Assembly (NCBI RefSeq): GCF_009914755.1
Contig: NC_060931.1
DNA from: the human T2T-CHM13v2.0 reference genome, Homo sapiens
Reading direction: 5' to 3' (one strand)
Length of the DNA: 64,000 nucleotides
Shown piece after piece: positions 19,199-38,506 of this stretch. The position numbers and the translations under genes are program-made. Below the pieces are notes generated by a model that was not told where the DNA came from, made no database searches, and saw only the letters and a program-made list of their open reading frames with translations. The number at the start of each line of letters is the position of its first letter. Position 1 is the stretch's first letter.

Positions 19199-20519
19199 TG
19201 TTTTTACTTTTAGTAATATTTTCTCCTGAAATAAGGTGAATGTTATGTTGTATTTATGGGTAGAATTATTCCGAAAGGTGAACAACATCAGTCATTTGGC
19301 GTTTATTGAATTGCTAGGTACAAAGCATAATGAGAAGCAGTAGAGGAATTAAAAAAAATTTTTTTTCTAAAGACTTAGTTAGAAAACATGTATATGTTCA
19401 TTTTTCCTTTCTTTTTATGGAGAATGGAGTCTCCTTATGTTGCATAGCCTGGTTTTGAATTCCTGGGATTAAGGTGTCCTCTCACCTCTGCCTCCCCAAG
19501 TGCTGGCATTACAGGCACTTGGCAGAAAACATGTTTTTAAAAGATATCATCACAGTTTGACAGCCTACCAGGGAGACTATCTCTGCAGACTTTTCTGTAC
19601 AGCATAGGATCTTCAAGTAATTCAAGAAACAACGCTGACTGCATGAAAATTATCAGTGCCTTCTCAGTTCGGTGTTTAACGTACACCCATCTGGAAATCA
19701 ATAACCATAATTTTGTGTATGTTTGAACAGCTTAATCAGAGGGCTTGTTTTGGACCATGGAGCATAGCATCTTGATAGGAAGAAAAGGGTGGAGGATGCA
19801 TATATCCTCATTTGTAACGTGTCATTAGAATATGAAAAAACTTAAGTTTATAGCCCCTTAACTTAAATGGAGGAGCTTCGTGTTTTAGGTGAGTTACTTT
19901 TTTGTGAAACTTCGTTTCCCACTGTAAGGACAATAATCCTCAAATTGGTTTGGGAGAGTTATAGGAAACAGCCTCTGAAGATGTGCAAGGGGCAGGATTG
20001 GAGCTCAGTGAGCTGTTTGTTAAATCTTAGGACTAATCCAGTTTCAGAAGCTATTTTCTCAAAAAATAAATGTTTCCCTGCTTTCTGTAACTTTTTTTTT
20101 TTCTTAATAGAGAAGTGAATTCTGGCGTTTTTTACAAGAGTGCAGAAAGAGAAAAACTCATAAAAGCTGAAAGAAAATTCATTGAAGATAGAGTTAAAAC
20201 AAATAATAGAACTGAAAAGGAAAGTCTGTAGTAATTCAGATAAAGGATTTGTTATTAATCAAAAGGTGAGAATGAAAATCCAGTGTATAAACTAAATAGT
20301 ATGTATCATCCTTTTTACTTTTAAGGTGAAAGATGTTGAAACTAATTTTTATTTTTGTTATAGGGAATTGACCCCTTTTCCTTAGATGCTCTTTCAAAGA
20401 AGGCATAGTCGCTCTTCACAGAGCTAAAAGGAGGAATATGGAGAGGTATGAGTAGCAGATTTATCTGAGTAATTTGACTTTTACTTATTTTGCAAATGAA
20501 TTGGGATTATTTTTCCTTA

Positions 20520-20716
20520 TACTTTATTTTTGGGTTTTCAACTGTACAATTAATTGGCATTAACTATATTCGCATTATTTTGCACCCGTCAGCACTGTCC
20601 ATCTCTAGGATTTTTTTTATCATCACAAACTGAAACTATACCCATTAAATAGTTACTCCCCATTTCTCATTCCCTCTATGCCCTTGTAAACATTATTTTA
20701 CTTTTTGTCTCTGAAT
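20520..20716 (-). mobile_element. Old L1 (L1MB-like) 3' fragment
   Basis: tttcaactgtacaatt...aactgaaactatacccattaaa...ctttttgtctctgaatt resembles the L1M 3' UTR reverse complement. Confidence 0.65.
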
Positions 20717-22184
20717 TCAGTATACTTTCTCCCAAAGAGCTCACCACAATAAAAGTTTTTTTAAAAATATTATTTTATTATTTTTTTGAGACAGTCTTGC
20801 TCTGTTGTACAGTGGCATGATCGTGGTTCATTGCAACTTCTACTTCCTGGGTTCTTGGGATTCTCGTGCCTCAGCCTCCCGAGTAGCTAGGATTACGGGT
20901 GTCTGCCACCATGCCCGTTGAATTGTTTCGTTTTCGTTTTGTTTTGGTAGAAATGGGGTTTTGCCATGTTGGCTAGGCTGGTCTCAAACTCCTGGCCTCA
21001 AGTGATCCACCCACCTCAGCCTCCCAAAGTGTTGGGATTACAGGCGTGAGCCACCATGCCTGGCCATTAAAGAGCTCTTGTCCATCTTTAGATTTCATTT
21101 GCTGACTTGGGGAGAGTGGTTTAAATGGAGGGTTAAAAGACTGGTTTTCAGTTGGTTGATGGCAAATGAAAAGGCTTAGGTTAAAGTACATTTTAAACTC
21201 TAATTTTGTGTGTAATTCTGAAAAATTCCTTCCTAGAAATTACTGGTCTTCTCTTTGAACTTCACTGGTAACATTGCTTATTCATTTCCCTTAAAATGCT
21301 ATTTCAGGCTGACTCTTGCTTGTGGTGGGGTGGCCCTGAATTCTTTTGAGGACCTAAGTCCTGACTGCTTGAGACATGCAGGACTTGTATATGAGTATAC
21401 ATTGGTAAGTGTATTTTCTTCCTGAGGGTAATAGAACTTTTTAGCTCATGAATTATTTTTGTTTTGTTTGAGATGGGTTCTCACTCCTGCCCGGGCTGGA
21501 GTGCAGTGGTGTGATCACAGCTCACTGCAGCCTCATCTTCCTGGGCTCAAGTGATCCTCCTGCTTCAGGCTCCTGAGCAAATGGGACCACAGACATGTGC
21601 TACCATGCCTGGCTAAATTTTTTTTGTAATTTTTGTAGAAACAGGGTGGTATTGTGTTGCCCAGGCTGGTCTTAAACTCTCGGGCTCAGGCTGTCCTTCA
21701 CCCTCAGCCTCCCAAAGTGCTGAGATTACAGGCATGAGCCACTGTGCCTGGTTCATGAAGTCTTTAGCAGAAAAATCAACTGAAATTCAGGATCAGATTT
21801 TTGTTTATATACATTTTGAAGGTTTATGTGTAGTAATGGGAAGCCATTTATATGTGATTTTTCAAAAAGATAATTTGGTTTGATGTGATCAAGTTTGTTC
21901 CTTATTAATATGCTGCTTGTCATTCTCTGTAAGTCCCTCTTCTCTCTTTGCACACATCGTGTTTTTGAAAATCATGTTTCTTCTACACAAAGGGAGAAGT
22001 TCACCTTTATTGAGAAGTGTAACAACCCTCGTTCTGTCACATTATTGATCAAAGGACCAAATAAGCCCACACTTAGATCAAAGATGCAGTAAGGGATGGC
22101 TTGAGGGCTGTCAAAAATGCTATTGATGATGGTAAGATCCTCACCATATTTCAATTCTATTAAATTGTTTTGCTGGTCTGAAAA

Positions 22185-22319
22185 GCATGGCTGAATACTG
22201 TGTTCTTTTATCAGTAGTTTACACAGCCAGACACCATGCAAAAGCAGTCTTCCCTTTAGAATGACTGATGGTATGCTAAGGTTTTTCATAGCATATCATT
22301 ATTAAAGGTGAATACAAAT
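22185..22319 (+). ncRNA. SNORA15B-2: H/ACA box snoRNA, SNORA15 paralogue (SNORA15B), in CCT6 intron 10
   Basis: 135-nt GCATGGCTGAATACTG...GGTGAATACAAAT. Stem GCATGG/CCATGC (22185-22190/22234-22239), H box AAAGCA 22241-22246, ACA 22314-22316. The family is secure; the copy suffix is inferred. Confidence 0.88.
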
Positions 22320-23384
22320 AAATGAACTAATACTGATCTGTTGAAAGAGCTGCCAGTGGCCAGTGAAGCCATTCTGGTTGGACCATTCTCCTATTTGATA
22401 TGTTAGTCGCTTGTATTGTGGCTTTCACATGCAGTACTTAAATTGATGTGGTCATAGTGAATTTGTAAGAAATTAATGGCTTTCATATGTATATTTTGTT
22501 ATTCATAATTAGTTCTACAGTTTTCTTAGCATTTTTCTTTTTCCCCCATCCAACAGGCTGTGTGGTTCCGGTGCTGGTGCCGTGGAAGTGGCAATGGCAG
22601 AAGCCCTGAATAAATATAAGCTCAGTGTAAAGGGCAAGGCACAGCTTGGAGTCCAAGCATTTGCTGATGTGTTGCTCGTTATTCCCAAGGTGTGTATGCC
22701 TTAAACAGTCAATCTTCCAAAAGATTCAGCTGATCAAAACTTTTTGATAATGTAGGCTTTATTCATAATACGGATTTTGGATAAACGGGTTTGATCAGTT
22801 TTCTTCCTGACTATAAAACATCCAAACGTATTTGGTTTCTCTGGGAGGCCTGAATAGCTGACGTTTCAGATGGCAAGAGAGAACCTGTAGCTTAATATTT
22901 GCAGTATTAGGGGTTATACTTGAGTACCAACTTGCTTTTTGTTTTGGTTTTAGCTAAACTGATATCATTGTTTTTTATTATATACTAATTTTGAAGTATA
23001 GTTTATGACTGATGTATTGCTGCTGGGTTTGGGGTAGATGAGAGAGTTGATCAGTAACTTGTGTCTGGTTATTCTCTGAAGGGAACATAAATGTTCTGTC
23101 TTCATGCAATGAGATTCTTGTTTTGTTTTGTTTTGTTTTTAAGAATTTTGAGAGTTTTGCTCTTGTTGTCCAGGCTGGAGTGCAATGGTGTGATCTCGGC
23201 CCACTGCAACCTCAGCCTCCCCAGTAGCTGGGATTACAGGCACCTGCCACCACACTCAGCTAGGTTTCTTTTGTATTTGTAGTAGAGGTGGGGTTTCACC
23301 ATGTTGGCCAGACTGGTCTCATACTCCTGGCCTCAGGCGATCCACCTGGCTTGGCCTCCCAAAGTGCTGGGATTACAGGCATGA

Positions 23385-23540
<156 letters not shown>

Positions 23541-24141
23541 TGAGTGGCTGGGACTACAGGCACGTGCCACAATGCCCAGCTAATTTTTTGTATCTGTAGT
23601 AGAGACAGGGTTTCACCATGTTGGCCAGGATAGTCTCAATTTCTTGACCTTGTGATCCGCCTCAGCCTTTCAGAGTGCTGGGATTACAGGTGTGAGCCAC
23701 TATGCCCGGCCCCTTTTTTTTTTTTTTTAAATATCAATTCTTCCTGTTTTCTCAGGAATTAAATTTGTTTACTTTAGGTTCTTGCGCAGAATTCTGGTTT
23801 TGACCTTCAGGAAACATTAGTTAAAATTTAAGCAGAACATTCAGAATCAGGTCAGCTCGTGGGTGTGGACCTGAACACAGGTAAGAGAATGCAACTGTTT
23901 GTAGAGGAAAAACTAGATGTAGTACATGTGAGTTGAAGCCAGGAAAGATTCAAAATGGGGACCAAAAAAAAAATCTTTTGCTTTGCAATTTGACACCAGT
24001 ACTATTAGGGAAGTCTGGGTTCTAAAATGGGATAAAATAGGATATTAATAAAAAATGGAATGACTAGGTATAATAATTAAGGGAGTAGAGTAGACTGAGT
24101 AATTTTGGTATAGTTTTGTTGGAGATGTTGAGTGGTGGTAG

Positions 24142-24505
<364 letters not shown>

Positions 24506-26656
24506 ACCTTACTCAGTTTTTAATCAAGTACTATGATAAGAAAATAGATTGGGTGATTATATTCATGGGTGAAAAACAGCTAAAGATAGCAAATAATGCC
24601 AGAAGAGGGGATCTAGAAATCTAATGAAATGGTGACAGCCCTGATCTTAGGCCCCTGTAACAAAACAACACAAATTAAGTACAAAGTAGGAGACAGATAA
24701 CAGGTACATCCATGCAGTATGTGCAAGACCTATTGCTGTCAACATTATTATTTAATAAAAAAGATTTCTGGAATGAGGGAAATGATCAGTCCATTTTAGC
24801 CAGATTAGAGTTGCAGTGCTGTACTTTAGTATGGGTAAACAGAAATGTATCCAGAAGGAGAGAGGGGTGTTCAGGTCTTCTAAGTAGAAGTCAGACACTC
24901 CTCAAATATTGTGGACAGGGGTCATGGTTTAGAGTAGAAAATTGGGCTAACAGAGAAGCTTTGAATTCCCATAGTTAATACTGGAGGAAATGAGTCATCG
25001 GTGATAAGCAAAGCCACACACAATATTGTTGGTTCTTATTGACTGAACTTACTTTGGTTGCCTTTTAGGTGAGCCCGTGGTAGCAGCAGAAGCAGGCATT
25101 ATGGGATAACGATTGTGTAAAGAAACAGCTTCTTCATTCCTGGTAAGTTTGGGAAAATGAAAACTAAACTGTTAGAGAATCATCATACTCTTCATTTGGT
25201 GTTTTCTGTTTAGTTGCTCATTTTCCCCCATGAATAATGTAATCAGCTGAAAGTATGGAAACCGAACTAGCCCTCTGATGTGTAGAGGGGAAGGGGGAAA
25301 TTTAATTGGATGTTAACGTGTGCAGCTTAGTTGGAAGTGGGAAGTTGAGTCGAATTAGGGCTCCTAATCATCTGAGCTATCTAATTTTTATCCCCCTTTC
25401 AGCACTGGTTGCCACCAACATTCTCTTGGTTGATGAGATCATGCGAGCTGGAATCTTCTCTGAAAGGTTGAATTGAAGCTTCCTCTGTATCTGAGTCTTG
25501 AAGACTCTGCAAAGTGATCCTGAAGAATACAGCTGTGGAATTTTTGTCCAAGCTTCAAATGAGTTTCAAGGGAATTTTCCCATGTGAAAAAAGGAGAGAA
25601 CACTGGCATCTGTTGAAATTCGGAAGTTCTGAAATTATAATTACAGTATTTTTTAAAAATTGCACTGAAGTGTACACAGATAAAGCAGGTCTTTCACCCA
25701 GTGAACAGGATGTTTTGCTTTAGCAGCAGTGACATAAAATTCCATGTTAAATAAGCATATATTACCTACCTTATTAAATATTCCTTGAAAAAGCAGATTT
25801 TAATGGTTTAATTTTATGTGGACATATGTTAAATTATTCAGCAGTACCCTATTGTTAAGCATCTGGTTTTAAAATTTTTATGCTAATATAAATAACGCTT
25901 AGTAATTTAAAATTTTGGAAGCATCCCGTTAGTGTAAATTTCTGAGTAAATTTATTGATCAGTTGGACTTTTCACGCTTTTGAAATAGCTTTGCTAAAAT
26001 GCTCCCCCTACAAAGTTGTAGGAAATGGGAAGAGGAGTAAACTAGAGGCAAGGGAGTTGAGAGAGCTGGAAGGCATGGTGGCTAAGGGCTACGGTTATCA
26101 GGTGAAATTTGAGATTTGTAGGCTGACTATATTTTCAAGCTTCTGAACTTTTGCTTATGCAAAATATTCATCCCAAAGCCTCTAGCGTCATAGTTTCCTC
26201 ACCCAAATTACTATGTTTCCACAAGATTTATATAGTTGGTCTATCTCTGCGGTCCTTGAAAGTGAAGTTGGTGTTACTAGGCTGTGGGTTTTGGGGGCTC
26301 AGCAGTGACCTGGAGTGTGCAAATAAATGTTAAGTTGAAACCTCCTTTGTGGTCTTGCAATGGTTTGACACACAGAAGCAATCTTAAAGGGAATGAAAGC
26401 TGTCCAAAGGTTCAAAAAGTAGTGAAGGGGCCTCTAGGGACCCTCAACCTGCTTTTCCTTACTTCCCTGGGCAGCCTTGCAGGTGGTATGGCCAGTCCTA
26501 CACCTCGTGTCCGTCAGTTTCCCCCGCTGAACCGTTGGGTGAGGGGCGGTGGTGGAGCAGCATGCGCATGTGTGGAGGAGGCGACTGCCACCGTGGTGCG
26601 TGAGGGCGGATGAGCAGCGGGGCCGTGGGTGTGCGCGGCGTGGCGCGCCAGTCCTG

Positions 26657-30419
<3,763 letters not shown>

Positions 30420-31360
30420 GTACATCAGATGTTCTTCCAGGAGGAATGAAGGCCCTCTCTAATCTCATTCTTTTTTCCTTTCTTTTTTTTAGACTGAGTC
30501 TCACTCTGTCACCCAGGCGCTGGAGTGCAATGGCGCAATTTCGCTCACTGCAACCTCCGCCTCCCGGGTTCAAGTGACTCTCTTGCCTCAGCCTCCCAAG
30601 TAGCTGGGATTAGAGGCGCCCGCCACCACACCCACCTAATTTTTGTATTTTTAGTAGAGACGGGGTTTCACCATATTGGCCAGGCTGGTCTCAAACTCCT
30701 GACTTTGTGATCCACTTGCCTCGGCCTCCCAAAGTGTTGGGGTTACAGGTGTGAGCCACTGCGCCTGGCCTAATTCTTAACATTTAAAGGGAAACTAACT
30801 TTTTCACTGTCACGTGTCATCTTTGCAGTGTACTATGGGATAAGTGTTATCTACGTTATTCAGATGAAGAATCTGAAATCCAAACAAGTTTGACTGACTC
30901 TGTCAGTCAGTGGATGAGCTTGGCCTGGAACTGAAATCCCTGGGCTCTTGAGCCAGTCTGTGCATTTTCCATTACACTGGGCATAGCACTGAGAAATATA
31001 AGCAAATGCCAGTCACTCAACAGAACCCTCTTCTACATGCGGAAAGGGATTGGGAGAAGGGACATCATAGTAGAGAGTCCCTTAAATTCCCCTTATAGGC
31101 CAGGTGTGGTGGCTCACACCTGCAACGTGAGCTTCCTTTAGGAACCCGAGGCAGGATTGCTTGAGCTCAGGAGTCTAAGACCAGCCTGGCAACATAGGGA
31201 GACCCTATCTCTGCTAAAATAAATAAGTATATAAATATACATATTATATATATAAATGTATATATAACAATCCATCTTACCCTGACAATCTGCCTGCTAA
31301 AACTTACTAAACCATACCAAACTATATGAATTTATTTTTATTATTATTATTATTTTTTGA

Positions 31361-31492
<132 letters not shown>

Positions 31493-31622
31493 TAATGCCC
31501 AGGTTATTTTGTGCTTTTGATAGAGACAGGGTTTTGCCCTGTTGCCCAGGCTGGTCTCGAACTCCTGGGCTCAAGCAATCCTTCTGCCTTGGCCTCCCAA
31601 AGTGCTGGGATTATAGGTGTGA

Positions 31623-31910
<288 letters not shown>

Positions 31911-32014
31911 TGAACCGCCCGCCTCGGCCTCCCAAAGTGCTGGGATTACAGGCGTGAGCCACCATGCCCAGCCGAAAATCCATTTTATTTATTTATTTAC
32001 TTATTTAGGTGTGA

Positions 32015-32164
<150 letters not shown>

Positions 32165-32594
32165 TAGCTGGGATTACAGGCGCCCGCCACCACCCCTAGC
32201 TAATTTTTGTATTTTTAGTAGAGACGGGGTTTCACCATGCTGGCCAGGCTGGTCTTCAACTCCTGACCTGGTGATCCACCCACTCGGCCTCCTAAAGTGC
32301 TGGGATTACAGGTGTGAGCCACCGCACCCGGCCAGTCCCTTATATAAATTTTTAAAAAGATGTTTTCTTCGTTTCCTAGCCCCTTCTACCCACCTACAAA
32401 GTTCCAAAGGCTTTAATACTATTGCAACGGCAGTCAGAGGTCAAGCTGGGGGGGTGCGGTGCAGCTCCCTAACGCGGGGCAGCCTCAAAGGGGGCCGACC
32501 CTGCCCAGCACGAATGGCACCGGGCGGTGGGGGACGCTCCCGAGGTCCCCGGAACATGGCTGGGGGAAGTGTTGGGGGGTGCACATACCCAGGC

Positions 32595-32863
32595 TCAGCT
32601 GAGGCGAGTGCGCGGCCAGGGCTGCAGCTGGCGCTGGCTGGTACTTGCTCAGGCCATTGAGGAGCTTCTGGGCGACCCTGCGCTCGTGCCTACCAGGCGC
32701 CAGCCAGTAGGTGCGCAGCGCCTGCTCCAGCAGCGTCAAGCCTTTGCTGCGCGGACCCCGCAGGCCGGGAAGTCACGCAGGTGGTAGTAGTCCAGGTGGT
32801 CGTAAACTCCTCCTCATAGCTTATGGGTGGCGGCGGCTGGGCTGAAGACTGCGGACAGGACAT
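32595..32863 (-). pseudogene. NUPR2 (NUPR1L) pseudogene
   Basis: Minus strand across frameshifts: MSCPQSSAQPPPPISYEEE / YDHLDYYHLRDFPACG / [33 protein letters not shown] / [13 protein letters not shown]. This matches recalled NUPR2 (PPPPISYEEELYDCLDYYYLRDFPACG...[25 protein letters not shown]). Three frameshifts. Confidence 0.9.
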
Positions 32864-32879
32864 CCCGCCCGGCCGCCTG

Positions 32880-33075
32880 TGGTCACCCTCCCGCGCAGGC
32901 GCGCTCCTGGAAGACCCAGCACCTGGAGTTGCGATTGGCTCTGCGTGAGGGGCGGGCCTTTGCGACATCTTGGGGCGCCTTCGGTGACGTCACAGGGGCG
33001 GGCCTTCTGCCACGTCACAAGGGCTGTACAGTTCCTGGAGCTGGGCAGTCTTCTCAGAGTGGAGCCTGGTAACCG
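32880..33075. promoter_or_regulatory. CpG-island promoter upstream of the NUPR2 copy, probably bidirectional
   Basis: ATTGG 32934-32938; GC boxes at ~32949 and ~32995; perfect CRE TGACGTCA 32985-32992; TGACGTGG (minus) 33010-33017. Plus-strand donor CTG|GTAACC at 33069. Confidence 0.7.
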
Positions 33076-34761
33076 CGACCTCCCCGCCAGTTCCTGTGTG
33101 TTGCTGGCTGGAAAGGGGTAGTTGACAAACTCCCACCCAGCACAGTATTTATGTCGGTCAAAAATGGAAAACTATGTGTCCGGGCACGGCCCAGGAAGGA
33201 GGATTCCTTCAGGCCAAGAGCAGCCTAGCAATATGGCGCAACCCCACCTCTGTAGTCCAACCTCAGCCTCCCAGCTACTTGAACCCCAAGATTCAAGGCT
33301 CCAATGAGCTGTGATCTCACCACAGCACTCCTGCCTGCGAGACTGAGGTAAACCCTGTATAAAAAAATAAAAAAGAAAACTATCCAAGTGTACAACCGGG
33401 AGGGACTGCTTAAAGAACACATGAGGCTCCCTGGGCCGTGCTATCCCGGCACTTTGGGAGGCCGAGGCAGGAGGATGGCTTGGGTTCAGGAGTTCGAGAT
33501 GCGCCTGGACAACATGACGCAACCCCGTCTCTACGAAAGATACAAAGATTAGCCAGGCGCGGTGCACGCTTGGCCTAATTTTTGTATCTTCCGTAGAGAT
33601 GGGGGGGGTCTTGCTATGTTGCCCGGGCCGGTCTCGAACTCCTGGGTTCAAGCGATCTTCTCACCTTGGCCTTTAGAGTTGTTGGGATTACAGGCGTGAG
33701 CCACCGTACCCTCCTGGGCTAGGCTATTTAATAACATAAGAAAGTGCGGTGGCTCACGCCTGTAATCCCAACACTTTGGGAGGCCGAGGCGGGTGGATCA
33801 CCTGAGGTCAGGAGTTTGAGACCATCCTTGCCAATATGGTGAAACCCAGTCTCTACAAAAAAATACAAAAATTAGGCTGGGCGCGGTGGCTCACACCTGT
33901 AATCTCAGCACTTTGGGAAGCTAAGGCGGGCCGATCACCTGAGGTTGGGAGTTCAAGACCAGCCTGACCAACATGGAGAAACCCCATCTCTACTAAAAAT
34001 ACAAAATTAGCCGGGCGTGGTGGTGCATGCCTGTAGTCCCAGCTACTCAGGAGGCTAAGACAGGAGAGTCTCTTGAACCCAGGAGGCGGAGGTTGCAGTG
34101 AGCCGAGAAGCATCACTGCACCCCAGTCTGGGCGACAGAGCAAGACTCCAGAGCTTGAGACCAGCCTGGGCCATGTAGTGAAACCCTGTTTATAAAAAAC
34201 AAACAAAAAAAGCCAGGTGTACCTGTGTCCACCTGTGGCCCCACTACTTAAGAGTCTGAGGCAGGAGGATAACTTGAGGCCAGGAGCTGAAGGCTGCAGT
34301 GAGCTATGGTCATCCCACTGCTCTCCATCCTGAGCAATAGAATGAAACCTTGTCTCTAGATAGCTAGCTAGCTAGGTAATTGATACGTAGTTTTCTATCG
34401 GAAATCTTTTTCCTAGACTTGAACATGTTTTTCTAAAGTAGCATTCAACACATCAGCATTTTACAGTGTTATTAGTTGTTAATATGATTATGTTTTTCTG
34501 AAATACAGTATTCTTTACCAAAACAGTGTTGTCTTTCAAAGCACATACATAGGTCCTCCAGTGAATTTGTCTGATGTTGGCGACCTTCGCTTTCTGGTGA
34601 CTGAGTCAACAGTATCTGTTTCATAAATAATGTAGCCCTATTTTTTTTGAGACAGGGTCTTGCTCTGTTACCTGGGCTGGAGTGCAGTGGCATGATCTCT
34701 GCTCACCATAACTACCGCCTCCTGGGTTCAAGCGATTCTCCTGCCTCAGCTTCCTGAATAA

Positions 34762-34974
<213 letters not shown>

Positions 34975-35707
34975 TAGTAGAGACAGGGTTTCTCCATGTT
35001 GGTCAGGCTGGTCTTGAACTCCCTACCTCAGGTGATCCGGCCACCTCAGCTTCCCAAAGTGACAGGTGTGAGCCACCGCGCCCAGCCTAATTTTTGTATT
35101 TTTAGTAGAGATGGGGTTTCACCATGTTGGCCAGGATGGTCTTGAATTCCTGACCTCAAGTGATCTGCCTGCCTTGGCCTCCTAAAGTGTTGGAATTACA
35201 GGCATAAGCCAACATGCCCGGCCAACCCTATTTCTTTAAGCATATACATTTTGCACTTGTTAAAAGTATTTGAACATAAAATTATCCAGCTTCCCTTGTT
35301 TATGTATGTTTGAATTTTGTATAAGCTTAAATATTTTTTCCAATCTAAGCTTTATTATATTCCCTTTCTTCTATATTTGTATAACTTTAGGTGGCTGTCT
35401 TTGTTGAAAGTTTTTTCTGAAAAGCCTTAAAACAATATAGTTATTGGCAGCAATTTCAGAGTTATTTGAGGGCAAGGGGAGATTTATAATGATGATTCAA
35501 ATGAAGCAAACTAAAAAGTAATGAAGCAAGACAGAGGATAAAGCAGTATTCACTTGAGCACATCCCAAAAGAATAAAATTTCAAATGTAACTAGAAAAAT
35601 GTATGCTGAAGATCATAGTACAGGAATAATTATTAATATTCAAAATAGCTTTAAAGCCGCTCACCTTTTGAATGTTGGGAATTTACCAGGAGGTGGCTGT
35701 AACCTAG

Positions 35708-35989
<282 letters not shown>

Positions 35990-38194
35990 TAAAGCCAGGA
36001 GCTTTTTGAAAGTCCCATTATAGACATTGTTTAAACATGGTTTGAATTTACCAAAGCATAGGACATTGTTTCATCTCATATTAATTAGTTGGCTCAAAAT
36101 TAGTCCTAATGACTTAGGAATTCAATGGTTTCTCTTAGCTTTAAAACCTTCTTTATTTCAGAACTATTTCACCTGTTGGTTTTCGTTTTTGCTGTGTGTC
36201 ACTGCCTGCCAGCTGCTATTGTGTTAACTCCCAGTGGATCATGTGTCCTGTGAAGGGACTGAATGAGATATTAATGGCAAATTATGTTGATGATTCATAT
36301 TTTGAATATAAATAGATCATTAAGCTTGTATACATTTTGAAAATAGTATGTTAATATTCTGTTGTGTCATAGTCACAATGATTGGCTACATATTGAATTT
36401 ATATGTACATTAAGTTGTTGTATGCTTATGTTCTTTAACATTCTAACTTGCAACTGTATATCTGTTAAGTCTTTTTTTTTTTTTTTCCGAGAAGATCAGA
36501 CTCTGATTTATTGAGGCATCTGTTTGATGCCAAGTTAAGTGGCCCAGGCTCTGTGTAGGGGGTGAGGTTAACGCAGGAAGAAAGATGGTGAGGGGCAAGG
36601 GTGCAAGGATTATGTTGGAATGAGGCTCCCCAAGTTTCCCTGGCCCTGGCTGGTTGTGCTGCTGGCCTGAACATCTGATGAGCTTGCAAGGGTGACTCCG
36701 AGAGGTGGGTGGTCCAGGGGCTAGGGCAGGGACTTTGGAGTCACGCTGTTGGCTTTGAATCCAGACTCCTACACTTGGTAGCTGTGACCTTTCCATGCCT
36801 CAGTGACCTGCAGAACTGAGCTCTGTCTGAGCCAGGTCCCATCCAGGCACTGCAGATCCATCCAGAGTTAAACCACCCCAGGTTGCTCACTATCTGCTGC
36901 CTTCTCAAGCAGATCCTTGTCTCCTTGGAGGCCTTCACAATCCAGTGGAGGAGGCAAAACTCATCTGCCTCTGTCCCTCTGGGTGCACCTCATGCCAGGT
37001 GCATCTGTGGGCACAGGTCATGCTCCTGGGCTTCCAAAGTTGGAGAAAGTTGCCAGGCTCAGGTGGCTATATCAGAGCAGCTGCTACCCTCTGGACACAG
37101 TGACAAAAGAACACTCTGGGCCTAGAGTCCTGGTCTGGGGCACTGGGCAAGGCTCTTGCACTTCTCTGAGCCCGTTTCCCCATCTGGAAAGTGTGCTGAT
37201 TGAGTCTCCCTTTGGGCACTGAGGGCTCAGGGTTAGTTTGAGAGCCAGCATCTGGGGTTTGGGCTGTAATTCCCCTTCAGCCCCATAGCTGGGGGGAGTC
37301 AGGGACTTTGTCGGGATTACCCTAGGCATCAGTCCAGCTTCCTGCTCCTGGCTTGGGCTCAGCATCTGAAGTAGTTTGGGGGGCAGGTGGTCCTGGTGGG
37401 GGTTGGGGCTTTTCCCCAGAATTAGGTCACACCCAGAGCCAGAAATCTTGGCACCTGCTCTAGGCTAAGGATGCATCTGGCCCCCAGGGTGCAGGTAACT
37501 GCCCACCTTTCCTGGTTTCTGCCTGCCAGGGCCAATCTTCAGACCTCGGGACTTCCCAGCCTATCCCACCTCCCTCTCTGGCCAGCCTTGAACCCTCGTG
37601 GGTCCAGCACTTTTTCCAGGCCATCTCCTGGTTGTCCTCCTGCCCCGAGGCCTGGCTCATGCTGCTCCCCCTCCCACTCACCATGACCCACAAGGACCAC
37701 TCCACACCCAGCTCAGCCCCAACCCCTTGGATAGTCCTTTCTCTTTCCTCAGGCAACCAGGTGCATATCTTGGTGTCAGGACCTTCCCTGCACCTGGGAA
37801 TGCCTACTGGTCACGTCGGTCACAGAGACCAAGGCATTTACTTGATTTGAGTGCCTTTGGTTCATTGTCTGCATGGCCAGGGAGGGAGTCAATGATAGGC
37901 TTTTCACTTGCTGCAAGGGTCAGTTCTCCTGGCCCCATGGCCCTAGGGATGGAGGATGCTGCAGGATACACACCCCTCACTTCCCAGCTGAGTGCTGTGG
38001 GTCATCTCAGGGCGATTTCACAGTCCCGCATGCCCCACCCCCTCAGCTCTGCAAATACCAAGCAGCGCAGCCTGCCTAGGGGACAGTGGGCTCAGGACTG
38101 CCCAGGTGGGCTCAAGACTGCCCAGGTAGTCCCCAGAGTGCCCTTGGCAGGCCCCTCACCTAGCTGCTCCCACAGCTCTGTAGCAAGAGTCTAA

Positions 38195-38506
<312 letters not shown>

